64,000 bases of DNA from an uncultured Candidatus Saccharimonas sp. GTDB lineage: Bacteria; Patescibacteriota; Saccharimonadia; Saccharimonadales; OMJO01. Numbering within the stretch: position 1 is the first letter of the stretch; the number at the start of each line of letters is the position of its first letter. Below the pieces are notes generated by a model, which saw only the letters and a program-made list of their open reading frames with translations, had not been told where the DNA came from and did not search any database. The DNA is taken from contig CALRAM010000001.1 in the NCBI GenBank assembly GCA_943353165.1, positions 173,803 through 237,802 on the forward strand, in the 5' to 3' direction. The position numbers and the translations under genes are program-made. Positions 27,707-36,274 of this stretch are shown piece after piece.

Positions 27707-29242
27707 ATGGAACAAGATGAAGCAATTGCACTCTTAGAATCTGGCCAATCAGTGCTACTGACAGGTGCTGCTGGAACCGGCAAAACTTTTGTACTGCGCA
27801 AATTTATACGCCGAGCCCGCAACGACGGCAAAATTGTATCTGTAACTGCTACCACTGGCTTGGCCGCAACTCATTTAAACGGAGCAACTATACACTCCTG
27901 GGCGGGTATCGGGATCCATGACGAGCTACCACCAAAACATCTGCAAAAAATTAGCAAACAACGACGAGACATAATTTCCAAAACCGACATACTAGTTATA
28001 GACGAGATTAGTATGCTACACGATTTTAGACTAGACATCATAGACACGGTCCTGCGTCATGTTCGAGACAAAGACATGCCTTTTGGCGGGATTCAAATAG
28101 TCCTCTGCGGAGACTTTTTTCAGCTACCGCCAGTCAATCGGAGGGACGCAATGCAGGGTGGTTTTATCACTAACTCAAAAGTTTGGAAAACTGGCTTTAT
28201 GACTGTTTGCTACCTAGAAAAACAATACCGCCAAGCAGGAGACAGCCAGTACGCGGACATCCTAAACGGTATACGCGGCGGAGTACTACGAAGGAGCCAG
28301 CTAGAATCCCTGAAAGCTAGAGCCAATGCCGTCGTAGATCCGTTTATTACCAGCACCAAGCTTCTGACAACAAATGCCGATGTCGATGTAATAAACCTAC
28401 AACACCTAGACAAGTTAAAGTCAAAAGTGCACAGCTATGAAATGCAGACTACTGGTAGCAAAAAATATATTGACCAGCTAAAAAAATCCTGTCTAGCTCC
28501 AGAAACATTGCTTCTCAAAAAAGGTGCCAGCGTAATGTGTATCAAAAATAGCCCTGACAGAAAATATGTTAATGGTTCGCTGGGTATTGTTACAGATTTT
28601 GAAAAATCTACTGATAACCCAATTATTCAGTTAAACACTGGGAAAACAATTACCGTTCGGCCAGATACATGGGAGCTAATAGATGGCGACAAAAAACGGG
28701 CCAGCCTGTCTCAGTTTCCGCTACGTCTAGCCTGGGCAATAACTGTACACAAAAGTCAGGGGATGACACTGGACGATGCCCAAATAGACCTCAGCCGAGC
28801 ATTTGTGGAAGGCATGGGTTACGTTGCCTTGTCTAGAATTAGGGGTCTGAAACACCTAGTGCTGGACGGGTTAAACAACATGGCCCTAAGAGTCAGCCCC
28901 AGCGCAAAACAAATAGATACAGATCTAAGAGAGAGAAGCAAAAAAGCAAAAACATTGCACTCGGAGGTAATAGCTAATTGGAATAAGTCAGAAAAAACCC
29001 GTGTCTCTAAACCAGATAAACCAACAAGCACAGCTGGACCGTGGGCTACAAAACTAGAACAAATGCGACGCAAATACCCAAATGCCTACAGGCCATGGAA
29101 GCCGACAGACGATGTTGAACTAAAAAGATTATTTGATATGAATACCCCCTTGTCGGACTTGACCAAAACTTTCGGCAGACATCCTGGAAGTATCCAAAAA
29201 CGCATAGAAAAACATTACGGAGAGGGCATCGCAATAGTCTGA
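27707..29242 (+). CDS. Pif1/RecD-family (SF1B) DNA helicase
   Basis: Walker A GAAGTGKTF, Walker B VIDEISML, FFQLPPV, and AITVHKSQGMTL near the C-terminus, followed by a basic helical tail. Confidence 0.8.
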   Translation: MEQDEAIALLESGQSVLLTGAAGTGKTFVLRKFIRRARNDGKIVSVTATTGLAATHLNGATIHSWAGIGIHDELPPKHLQKISKQRRDIISKTDILVIDEISMLHDFRLDIIDTVLRHVRDKDMPFGGIQIVLCGDFFQLPPVNRRDAMQGGFITNSKVWKTGFMTVCYLEKQYRQAGDSQYADILNGIRGGVLRRSQLESLKARANAVVDPFITSTKLLTTNADVDVINLQHLDKLKSKVHSYEMQTTGSKKYIDQLKKSCLAPETLLLKKGASVMCIKNSPDRKYVNGSLGIVTDFEKSTDNPIIQLNTGKTITVRPDTWELIDGDKKRASLSQFPLRLAWAITVHKSQGMTLDDAQIDLSRAFVEGMGYVALSRIRGLKHLVLDGLNNMALRVSPSAKQIDTDLRERSKKAKTLHSEVIANWNKSEKTRVSKPDKPTSTAGPWATKLEQMRRKYPNAYRPWKPTDDVELKRLFDMNTPLSDLTKTFGRHPGSIQKRIEKHYGEGIAIV

Positions 29243-29300
29243 TTAGTAAAACTATATTTAAAATGTGCTAAAATAGGATTGTTAACAATTTAATATCAAG

Positions 29301-29502
29301 AGTGCAGTTAGAGTCCTAGCTCCGTAACCTGCCAGCAACCTGCCGTATTGGAATATGAAAGGTGGAATATAGAAATTGGTTTTATAACCCAAATTCAAAC
29401 TTCCATCTACTAACTTCTAAGCCGTAAGGTGCTAAGCCTAGCCCGCAAGGGAAGGATACGAAGATGATTTTTTATCCTTTCTACGCCAGAAAGGATATTT
29501 TT
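29301..29502 (+). promoter_or_regulatory. Riboswitch-like 5' leader with alternative antiterminator / terminator-RBS-sequestering hairpins
   Basis: Terminator: ATCCTTTC (29474-81) pairs with GAAAGGAT (29489-96), followed by ATTTTT and then ATG 29503. The 3' arm contains the only SD-like AAAGGA. The upstream GAAGGATA (29451-58) can pair instead with TATCCTT (29472-78). The upstream ~150 nt folds into nested helices: 29307-11/29410-14, 29361-67/29401-07, and a CCC-GCAA-GGG hairpin. Confidence 0.55.
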
Positions 29503-29763
29503 ATGTCAGAGAAAATAATACCAACTAATAATTACAGCCCAGAATTGGAACCTAAAGTAGAGATCCAAACAGGTTTTGTTCCGACAGATCAATCACAGAA
29601 TGAATTTTTAGGCCGGTATGTCGATTGTACGTTCGAAGAACTATTAGAAGCAAACCGACGAGTCCGAACTGGACCAGGCTGGGTCTCGGCTCGGGGTCGC
29701 TGTGCTAGCGCCATTGCCAGCGAATTTTACGCCAGAGGAATAGAACATCTTTTAGAAGAATAG
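29503..29763 (+). CDS. Hypothetical 86-aa protein
   Basis: In-frame Met 14 of track ORF 29464..29763. The upstream 39 nt form the leader terminator, so ATG 29503 is the plausible start. No recognisable motif. Confidence 0.45.
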   Translation: MSEKIIPTNNYSPELEPKVEIQTGFVPTDQSQNEFLGRYVDCTFEELLEANRRVRTGPGWVSARGRCASAIASEFYARGIEHLLEE

Positions 29764-29767
29764 CACC

Positions 29768-29983
29768 CTAAAATAGCTGACCTTGGCCAGGAAGTATGAA
29801 AGTTTCTGTATCGTACATATCTGCAAATTCTTTCAGGTTTCTGTCTGTGTTTTCTGTATCGGGCCCTATTTCCGTGTCAATGTTTTTCGGCATTATAACG
29901 TTTGCTTCGGCTTCTGACAAAACGTACTTTTCTGGAAAAACTGCTTCCAATATTTCATAATTAGACATTAGTCTTTTCCCCAT
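29768..29983 (-). CDS. Hypothetical acidic 71-aa protein
   Basis: ORF only. Co-oriented with, and 42 nt downstream of, the WhiB-like gene. Confidence 0.35.
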   Translation of the reverse strand: MGKRLMSNYEILEAVFPEKYVLSEAEANVIMPKNIDTEIGPDTENTDRNLKEFADMYDTETFILPGQGQLF

Positions 29984-30025
29984 AAATTATATTGTACACG
30001 AATAATCAGACAACTTTTTCTTTTT

Positions 30026-30760
30026 TTAGTAAGGCAATTGGGTGTTTGAAGTAGTATTTGAAGTTATGTTTTTTGTTTTTCGCTTGCGCCGCCTATCTGC
30101 CTCGTTTGTTCCGCCCCATATTCCTTGTATATTGTCGTTATTTAATGCAAACTCTTCGCATTGAACTCTAACTTCACAGTTACTGCATATCACTGCTACG
30201 GCATTAGATATCCATCTAGATGGGGGGAAGAAAAGATTTACATCCATACCTTTACACGCAGCTTTGCCGACAAACTCAGAAATCTGCGGGCCTTTCATCT
30301 GATAATCTCGTTTGTTAGAGCTATTAGGACCAAAATTAATTTCATTTAAGTGATTCTCTGTTCTGTATCGCTTGTCTTCACGACTAATAGCAATGTTGCA
30401 AAAATTTAGCAAATCTTTTTGGGGCAATAACAAATTATAGGAGCCTGCATCTGTCTGTTGTTGCACTATACGCATTAACAAGTTAATGTCTTTTACGTCA
30501 TTTATGGTATTCAATTTTAGCCATTTTCCGTCTAGAGAATCTAGAGATTTTAGCTTTTCTAATAGATTTTCTATTCCCTCAAAATCTATGCGGTTTTCTT
30601 CGGAATGATTTATTTCAAGCGGTTCTAGTAGATCATCCGACACGATAACCAGCTCCATGCCTTCATCCAATTCATCGGTCAAACCAAAATGAACTGGAGC
30701 ATCTTCTAGGTTTTCGATAATATCCAAATGGTACGAATTAATTGTATTTTCTGATGACAT
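30026..30760 (-). CDS. WhiB-like (Wbl) Fe-S transcription factor domain fused to a ~170-aa acidic N-terminal extension
   Basis: The C-terminal ~70 aa carry four Cys (C..x23..CSNCEVRVQC), then the GIWGG turn motif and a basic tail RRRKRKTK. That is the Wbl signature order. Confidence 0.7.
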   Translation of the reverse strand: MSSENTINSYHLDIIENLEDAPVHFGLTDELDEGMELVIVSDDLLEPLEINHSEENRIDFEGIENLLEKLKSLDSLDGKWLKLNTINDVKDINLLMRIVQQQTDAGSYNLLLPQKDLLNFCNIAISREDKRYRTENHLNEINFGPNSSNKRDYQMKGPQISEFVGKAACKGMDVNLFFPPSRWISNAVAVICSNCEVRVQCEEFALNNDNIQGIWGGTNEADRRRKRKTKNITSNTTSNTQLPY

Positions 30761-30845
30761 ATCATTATTATGACATAAATATTTGTGTCATACAATGTTA
30801 AAAGCAGTGGACGGAAGCACTACCTTTTTGGTAAGATATAGCATT

Positions 30846-32048
30846 ATGCTAGATGAATACAAGAAGCCCGCCCAAACTCCAAAAAAAGCGCCCGAAGGGG
30901 TGACTGAAGAACACAAATTAGTACATAGGGACAAGGAAATTATAAAACCGAAAATACATTCATTTCAGCCTCCCCAAAAAGAAGCCAAAAACAGACTCAG
31001 GCGTTGGTTCGCTAAATTATCTAAAAAACAATGGCTAGTATTTATTTTTGCTGGAGCTTTTTTAGTTGTAGCCATAGGTGTAGGCGCCTACACCTTGTAC
31101 CCCAAAAAGAAGCCAATTGCAAAACCAATCGCAAATAAACAGACTATTCCCATAGTTACGACAGAGCCAGCCACTCTGACTGGTCTGACCGTGCCGATGG
31201 CTACAAACAAATTACCCGTAACGGGCGTTATGATAGAGAATAGCCCTGATGCGCGCCCGCAGTCCGGGTTGAACGATGCTGGAGTTGTTTTCGAAGCGGT
31301 GGCTGAAGGTGGAATAACTAGATTTTTAACTCTGTTTCAAAGCAACAACCTACCGACATATCTGGGGCCAGTACGATCAGTACGACCATATTATTTGGAT
31401 TATTTACAGGGGTTTGATGCCGCAGTAGCTCATGTTGGTGGCAGCCCAGAAGCTATGGCTCAGATAAGAAACGAAGGCATCAAAGATCTAGACCAGTTTG
31501 CCAATGGCGGGTCGTACGACAGAGTAAACAGTCGATATGCTCCGCACAATGTATACACCAGTATGGCAAGGTTACTCGCTTTGCAAAACAGCAAAGGATT
31601 TACTAGTTCCTATACCGGCTTTATCAGAAAAGCCGAACAGGCCAACCCAACCCCAACGGCCAAGACGATCGATTTTGTTATTTCCAGTTATTTATATGAT
31701 GTCCACTACGACTATGCACCAGCAACAAACAGCTATCTGCGCAGCGAAGGTGGCAAACCCCACATCGACGAAAGGAGCAAATCCCAGCTAAATCCAAAGG
31801 TTGTTATAGCCATAGTCGTCCCAAAGAGTATAGCCAGCGACGGGGTGCACAGCGCCTACCAAGACATAGGGACGGGCAAGGCATTTATTTTCCAGGACGG
31901 AACAATGACCGAATGCATTTGGACAAAACCAGATAAAAAAACCCAAATAAAGTTTACTGACCCTACGGGTGCTCCCCAAAAGCTTAACCCTGGACAAACC
32001 TGGATTTCTTTGGTGGGATTAGCTAGTGATGTGACTGCAAAACCATAA
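30846..32048 (+). CDS. DUF3048 (YerB-like) domain protein, membrane anchored
   Basis: TM helix (WLVFIFAGAFLVVAIGVGAY). VMIENSPDARPQSGLNDAGVVFEAVAEGGITRFLTLF matches the DUF3048 core as I recall it. The track ORF starts at 30783; I prefer the Met at 30846. Confidence 0.6.
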   Translation: MLDEYKKPAQTPKKAPEGVTEEHKLVHRDKEIIKPKIHSFQPPQKEAKNRLRRWFAKLSKKQWLVFIFAGAFLVVAIGVGAYTLYPKKKPIAKPIANKQTIPIVTTEPATLTGLTVPMATNKLPVTGVMIENSPDARPQSGLNDAGVVFEAVAEGGITRFLTLFQSNNLPTYLGPVRSVRPYYLDYLQGFDAAVAHVGGSPEAMAQIRNEGIKDLDQFANGGSYDRVNSRYAPHNVYTSMARLLALQNSKGFTSSYTGFIRKAEQANPTPTAKTIDFVISSYLYDVHYDYAPATNSYLRSEGGKPHIDERSKSQLNPKVVIAIVVPKSIASDGVHSAYQDIGTGKAFIFQDGTMTECIWTKPDKKTQIKFTDPTGAPQKLNPGQTWISLVGLASDVTAKP

Positions 32049-32058
32049 TTCAAGCGAG

Positions 32059-33597
32059 GTGGTCATGGACCAAATCCAAAAATTAACCAAACAATTTAGC
32101 CGATTCTTGACTGTGCTTTTTGTATTTATTTCGCTCGTATCTATATTGTTGAGTTCTCTAATACATTATTTTACGGGCATAGACACGGTATTGTCTGCTG
32201 TGATAGTTCTATGTTTTAGCCTAGCACTGAGTGTAGCTCTGGCGCCTATGGCGGCTAGCTACATTACCAAACCAATGTCAGTTCTGGCTCAGGCCATACT
32301 ACACATAACTCCAGAAGAAACTTCCGCTCCCGCACCAGACATAACAACATTGGGTATCGGCAGAAAACTAGTAACACAACTAGTCACACAGGTTTACAAT
32401 TTCGCCACTCAGCAAGACGGCTCAGCACTAGAAAATCATCGTAATTCAATAATCCAGTCGTCTGCCATTGTTACTCATTTGCCTCTACCTTTATTTGTTT
32501 TCAACAAACAGCAGATAGTTGTTAATGCCTCTGCCGCGGGCCTAGCGTATTGCAATATCAAAAGTTCGCAATTATTCGGAAAACCATTGAACGAGAATAT
32601 AAATCTAGAATTTTCAAACGAGAACACTCTGGAGAAATGGATACAAGATTGTCAAAAAGATAAAGCCACCGACGAAGCATATTGGGATCGCGTTCGTGTC
32701 AGTCAGCCAGACACAGAACTACGTCAATGCGATATTTACGCCTACTACAACCGTGACAACCCCAGTGGTACGGAATTTATAATAACCATGTTCGACCGTA
32801 CGAAACAGTACACCCAAGATGATGACAACATTAGCTTTATATCGTTGGCAGTACACGAATTACGCACACCATTGACTATGCTACGAGGTTACATAGAAGT
32901 CTTCCATGACGAGTTAGAGGGGAAACTAGATACCGAGCTGACTGACTTTATGCAAAAAATGATTGTATCGGCTCAACAGTTGGGAGCGTTTTTCAATAAC
33001 ATACTAAATGTTGCTCGCGTAGAACAAAACCAATTAGTACTGTCTATGTCAGAAAACAATTGGAGCGAAGTCCTGACAGATGCGTGTGCTGATCTAGCCA
33101 TGAAGGCCAAAGTCCACGGAAAATCATTAAATCTAAATATATCTGCAGACCTACCGCTTGTAGCTATAGACCATGTCAGCATAGTAGAAGTCATAAACAA
33201 TCTGGTGGACAACGCCCTAAAATACAGCCAAAAAGGCGAAGCTATAGCCATAGACGCACATTTGCGAAAAGACGGCTTCATAGAAACCACCATACAGGAC
33301 CACGGAGAAGGCGTCCCTAGCGGGATGGTACCTCATTTGTTTGATAAATTTTATAGGAACCACAGGACTTCTGGCAGCGTTGGCGGAACTGGTTTGGGTC
33401 TCTATATCAGCAAAGCAATTGTTACGGCACATGGTGGCGAGATATGGGTCCAGTCAAAAGAAGGCGAGGGGGCAACATTTGGTTTTACTTTGTTGCCGGC
33501 TAGCAAACTTGCCGAAGAGTTAAAATCAAGCGATAATGGTACTATAGTCCGTAACGCCCACGGCTGGATAAAAAACCACAGCCTGTACCGACGATAA
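32059..33597 (+). CDS. Sensor histidine kinase
   Basis: Two N-terminal TM helices. H-box AVHELRTPLTML. N-box NLVDNALKYS, G1 DHGEGV, G2 GGTGLGLYISK. Confidence 0.88.
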   Translation: MVMDQIQKLTKQFSRFLTVLFVFISLVSILLSSLIHYFTGIDTVLSAVIVLCFSLALSVALAPMAASYITKPMSVLAQAILHITPEETSAPAPDITTLGIGRKLVTQLVTQVYNFATQQDGSALENHRNSIIQSSAIVTHLPLPLFVFNKQQIVVNASAAGLAYCNIKSSQLFGKPLNENINLEFSNENTLEKWIQDCQKDKATDEAYWDRVRVSQPDTELRQCDIYAYYNRDNPSGTEFIITMFDRTKQYTQDDDNISFISLAVHELRTPLTMLRGYIEVFHDELEGKLDTELTDFMQKMIVSAQQLGAFFNNILNVARVEQNQLVLSMSENNWSEVLTDACADLAMKAKVHGKSLNLNISADLPLVAIDHVSIVEVINNLVDNALKYSQKGEAIAIDAHLRKDGFIETTIQDHGEGVPSGMVPHLFDKFYRNHRTSGSVGGTGLGLYISKAIVTAHGGEIWVQSKEGEGATFGFTLLPASKLAEELKSSDNGTIVRNAHGWIKNHSLYRR

Positions 33598-33607
33598 AGG
33601 AGCCAAA

Positions 33608-34027
33608 ATGTCCCAAACTATTTCAGATGTCCAACCAAATCCACTATCTGCTAGAGCCAAGCGGATTCTATTAATAGAAGATGAACACTTTATATCCGAA
33701 TTGTACAACCGAGCACTGACAAGAGCTGGCTATGAAGTCACAACTATTATAGATGGTATAGATGGCCTCAAAGAAGCTCAGACCAATAAGTACGACATAA
33801 TAATGCTAGACATAATGATACCAAACCTCATGGGAACAGATATCCTGAAACGGCTACGCGACCCCAGACAAATCCCCCCAATACGCAGCAAAATTATAAT
33901 GTCCACCAATCTAGATCAAGGCGAAGAGGGCAGGGCCGAAACTGAAAAGCTAGCAGATGGTTACATCATCAAAGCCGATGTAACCCCAAAAGAGCTGGTC
34001 GCCTACCTGGCAAAAATTAAACTATAA
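33608..34027 (+). CDS. Single-domain response regulator (receiver only)
   Basis: LLIEDEH, phospho-acceptor context DIIMLDIMIP, IMSTN, YIIKAD. No output domain. Confidence 0.85.
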   Translation: MSQTISDVQPNPLSARAKRILLIEDEHFISELYNRALTRAGYEVTTIIDGIDGLKEAQTNKYDIIMLDIMIPNLMGTDILKRLRDPRQIPPIRSKIIMSTNLDQGEEGRAETEKLADGYIIKADVTPKELVAYLAKIKL

Positions 34028-34082
34028 AATCCATAAATTTCCAGACTTGTAACGATGCCTCAAAAGCCCCAGAATATAGGTT

Positions 34083-34289
34083 AGTCATGTGAGTATGACC
34101 CACTCTCTGGTGGGCATCTACTCTCAGACTTTATTCAAACTCTAGGAGAGCATACTTCGGTCCCTGCAAACCTCAATTACAAATTCAACTGATTGCCAAT
34201 GAAGTCGCCGCTAGAACGGTTGCGTGCTCTTCGGTAACAGTCATACTATTCAAACCCGTTCACTGGTAAAAACATTCACCAGTTTTTTT
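34083..34289 (+). ncRNA. Candidate ~205-nt sRNA or 5' leader preceding the mini-ORF/dinB operon
   Basis: Possible promoter TTGTAA-17-CAGAAT at about 34048-34076. Several hairpins are present (34099-34114 CCCAC/GTGGG, 34121-34150). Long-range pairing AGTATGAC (34092-99) with GTCATACT (34240-47). Ends in the terminator at 34262-34289. Confidence 0.35.
34262..34289 (+). terminator. Intrinsic terminator-like hairpin + T7
   Basis: ACTGGT (34262-67) pairs with ACCAGT (34278-83) across a 10-nt loop. The T-run runs 34283-34289. It lies 16 nt upstream of the AAGGAG SD of the next gene. Confidence 0.5.
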
Positions 34290-34317
34290 GTAATTTTCTT
34301 AAACAAGGAGTTTGGAC

Positions 34318-34563
34318 ATGATTAACCAAGAAATCGAGATCAACGCTTATCAATTCATCAACCGCCGTGGCGTAAGTGGTGTGCCCCGCATCATAACAGT
34401 AGAGAACCAGCGCTATTCGTTTGTTGACTCTGGGCTGCAATACTTGATCCAAAAAGGACAACACCTAATTCGTCTGTTTGACATGACAGATGGTCAGCAA
34501 ACCTACCGTCTGCGTCTAGAAGACGAATGCTGGACTTTGGTGGGAATAAAACCAACCGTCTAA
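34318..34563 (+). CDS. Small hypothetical protein, paralog A of a tandem pair upstream of dinB
   Basis: AAGGAG SD 7 nt upstream of ATG 34318; the track lists TTG 34312. Shares VP.I...N..Y......G....I..GQ.L...F...D.....RL.L.....WTL..I with the next ORF. Confidence 0.55.
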   Translation: MINQEIEINAYQFINRRGVSGVPRIITVENQRYSFVDSGLQYLIQKGQHLIRLFDMTDGQQTYRLRLEDECWTLVGIKPTV

Positions 34564-34572
34564 GGCAACCCA

Positions 34573-34839
34573 ATGCGCGAAAAAATAAACGAAGAAATCA
34601 GCGTGGTTATGTATTACAGTGCTCGAAAGAGGCTGGCCGTGCCATACCTAATAAATTGGCAGAACAGGGAATACATGGTGGGCAAAATAGGCTACCGCCA
34701 CGCTATACGGGACGGCCAAACTTTACACCATATTTTTGAACTGGTGGACAAAGAAAATACGCTGTGGTTTAGGCTAAACCTGGATACCAGCAATCTACAT
34801 TGGACGCTGGAGGCGATCAGCGATGGACACGCCAATTAA
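34573..34839 (+). CDS. Small hypothetical protein, paralog B; overlaps dinB start
   Basis: 88 aa, clearly paralogous to 34318..34563. Its 3' end overlaps the dinB start by 17 nt. Confidence 0.55.
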   Translation: MREKINEEISVVMYYSARKRLAVPYLINWQNREYMVGKIGYRHAIRDGQTLHHIFELVDKENTLWFRLNLDTSNLHWTLEAISDGHAN

Positions 34840-36061
34840 TTACAACAATCCACTCATTATGCACATAGACCTAAACAGTTGTTTTGCCATCATAGAGCAG
34901 CAAGCCAATCCCCTAATCCGCAACAAACCAGTAGCCATAGCCGCCTACAACACCCCCAGGGGCGCTATCATAGCTTCTTCTTATGAAGCCAAGGCATTGG
35001 GCATAAAACTCGGTACAAACGTTCGTGATGCCCGTATGCTGTGCAGGGAAGTCATAGTTCTGACGCCCGACCCGGAAAAGTATTTCGACGCCCACCGCCG
35101 CTTCAAAAAAATATTGCAAAACTACACCGATGAGGTAACGCCAAAATCTGTGGATGAGTTTGTTGTCGATTTTAGCGGATCCAGGGCAGTCCAGTTGGGC
35201 AAAAGTATCGACCAAGTAGGCTACGAGATAAAAAAAGACATACGTGATTCCTTGGGCGAATATGTAACGGTAAATGTGGGTATCGGACCAAATAGATTTC
35301 TGGCCAAATTGGCGGCAGGCCTCAACAAACCCGACGGTATGGACACCATAAACGGCGAAAACCTGCGGGATGTCTATTCAAAACTTCAATTGATTGACCT
35401 GCCCGGCATCAATACACGCTATCGGGCCCGCCTGAACATGGCGGGTATTTACACGCCCCTGCAATTTCTGGATGCACCGGCTAGTTTGTTGAAAAAGCAA
35501 GTTTTTAAGAGCATTGTTGGTTACTACTGGTATCTGCGACTAAGAGGACAAGAGATAGACAATATTGGATTTAGACGAAAAAGTTTTGGCCAACAATACG
35601 CCCTGGGCCAAAAGACAGCCGACATTCAAGAATTATCACGATTGCTGATGAAGCTCTCAGAGAAATGTGGTCGCCGACTGCGAAAGGCGGGCTACGCAGC
35701 AGGTGGAATTCATTTATGGCTGGGCTTTGAAAACCGTACAAATTGGGCGCAAAGCAAAAAACAAAAAAGCGATGTCTATTCTACCCAAGACATATTTTTA
35801 GCAGCCCAACGGTTGCTAAACAGTTTGACCTTGCCATGCAGAGTGTCAAACATTGGCATAACTGTTTTTAATCTACACCCCGTCAACCCCGAACAATTGG
35901 GGCTTTTTGACGATAGCAGGCTAGACACCAAAGGTCTGACTAAAGCGTCCGACCTGGTAAACGATAGATACGGAGAGTTTACAATGGTGCCAGCTATTAT
36001 GGCAAATATGGGGGACACTATTCTGAAAAGAGTAGCCTTTGGCAGCATCAATGATATGTAA
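34823..36061 (+). CDS. dinB: DNA polymerase IV (Y-family)
   Basis: IMHIDLNSCFAIIEQ (catalytic Asp motif), SVDEFVVDF, little-finger region, and LPGINTRYRARL. Confidence 0.9.
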   Translation: MDTPINYNNPLIMHIDLNSCFAIIEQQANPLIRNKPVAIAAYNTPRGAIIASSYEAKALGIKLGTNVRDARMLCREVIVLTPDPEKYFDAHRRFKKILQNYTDEVTPKSVDEFVVDFSGSRAVQLGKSIDQVGYEIKKDIRDSLGEYVTVNVGIGPNRFLAKLAAGLNKPDGMDTINGENLRDVYSKLQLIDLPGINTRYRARLNMAGIYTPLQFLDAPASLLKKQVFKSIVGYYWYLRLRGQEIDNIGFRRKSFGQQYALGQKTADIQELSRLLMKLSEKCGRRLRKAGYAAGGIHLWLGFENRTNWAQSKKQKSDVYSTQDIFLAAQRLLNSLTLPCRVSNIGITVFNLHPVNPEQLGLFDDSRLDTKGLTKASDLVNDRYGEFTMVPAIMANMGDTILKRVAFGSINDM

Positions 36062-36081
36062 AATAAAAATCTAAGAAACTG

Positions 36082-36156
36082 TGGTGATCCCGAGGAGAAT
36101 CGAACTCCTATTGCCAGGATGAGAACCTGGTGTCCTAACCGTTAGACGACGGGACC
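36082..36156 (-). tRNA. tRNA-Glu (anticodon CUC), CCA encoded
   Basis: The reverse complement reads GGTCCCG TC GTCT-AACGGTTA-GGAC A CCAGG-TTCTCAT-CCTGG CAAT AGGAG-TTCGATT-CTCCT CGGGATC A CCA. Confidence 0.93.
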
Positions 36157-36232
36157 ATACAATATAACAGTTGTATACTAGCACAACAGGGGTGAAAAGT
36201 CTACGACTAGCAGTTGTAAAACCAAGAAGAAA

Positions 36233-36271
36233 CAGCCATAATAAAGCACAAGCCTTTTATTGGCTGTTTTT
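36233..36271 (+). terminator. Strong intrinsic terminator (bidirectional-looking)
   Basis: CAGCCA(T)AATAAAG...CTTTTATTGGCTG gives a ~13-bp stem with one bulge, followed by TTTTT (36267-71). It ends 4 nt before ATG 36275. Confidence 0.7.
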
Positions 36272-36274
36272 ACT

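Noticed and set aside
29301-29460. Assignment of the leader to the M-box (Mg2+), cobalamin or T-box families.
   Set aside because: Only short fragments match (GUUAG.., GUGCUAAGC.UAGC; GGUG..AA..CC..CCCGC). The B12 box/GCCACUG is missing. The T-box GGUGGNACCGCG sequence next to the terminator is also missing. Helix order does not follow either consensus, and the downstream gene is not a Mg2+/B12/aaRS gene. I have left it unclassified.
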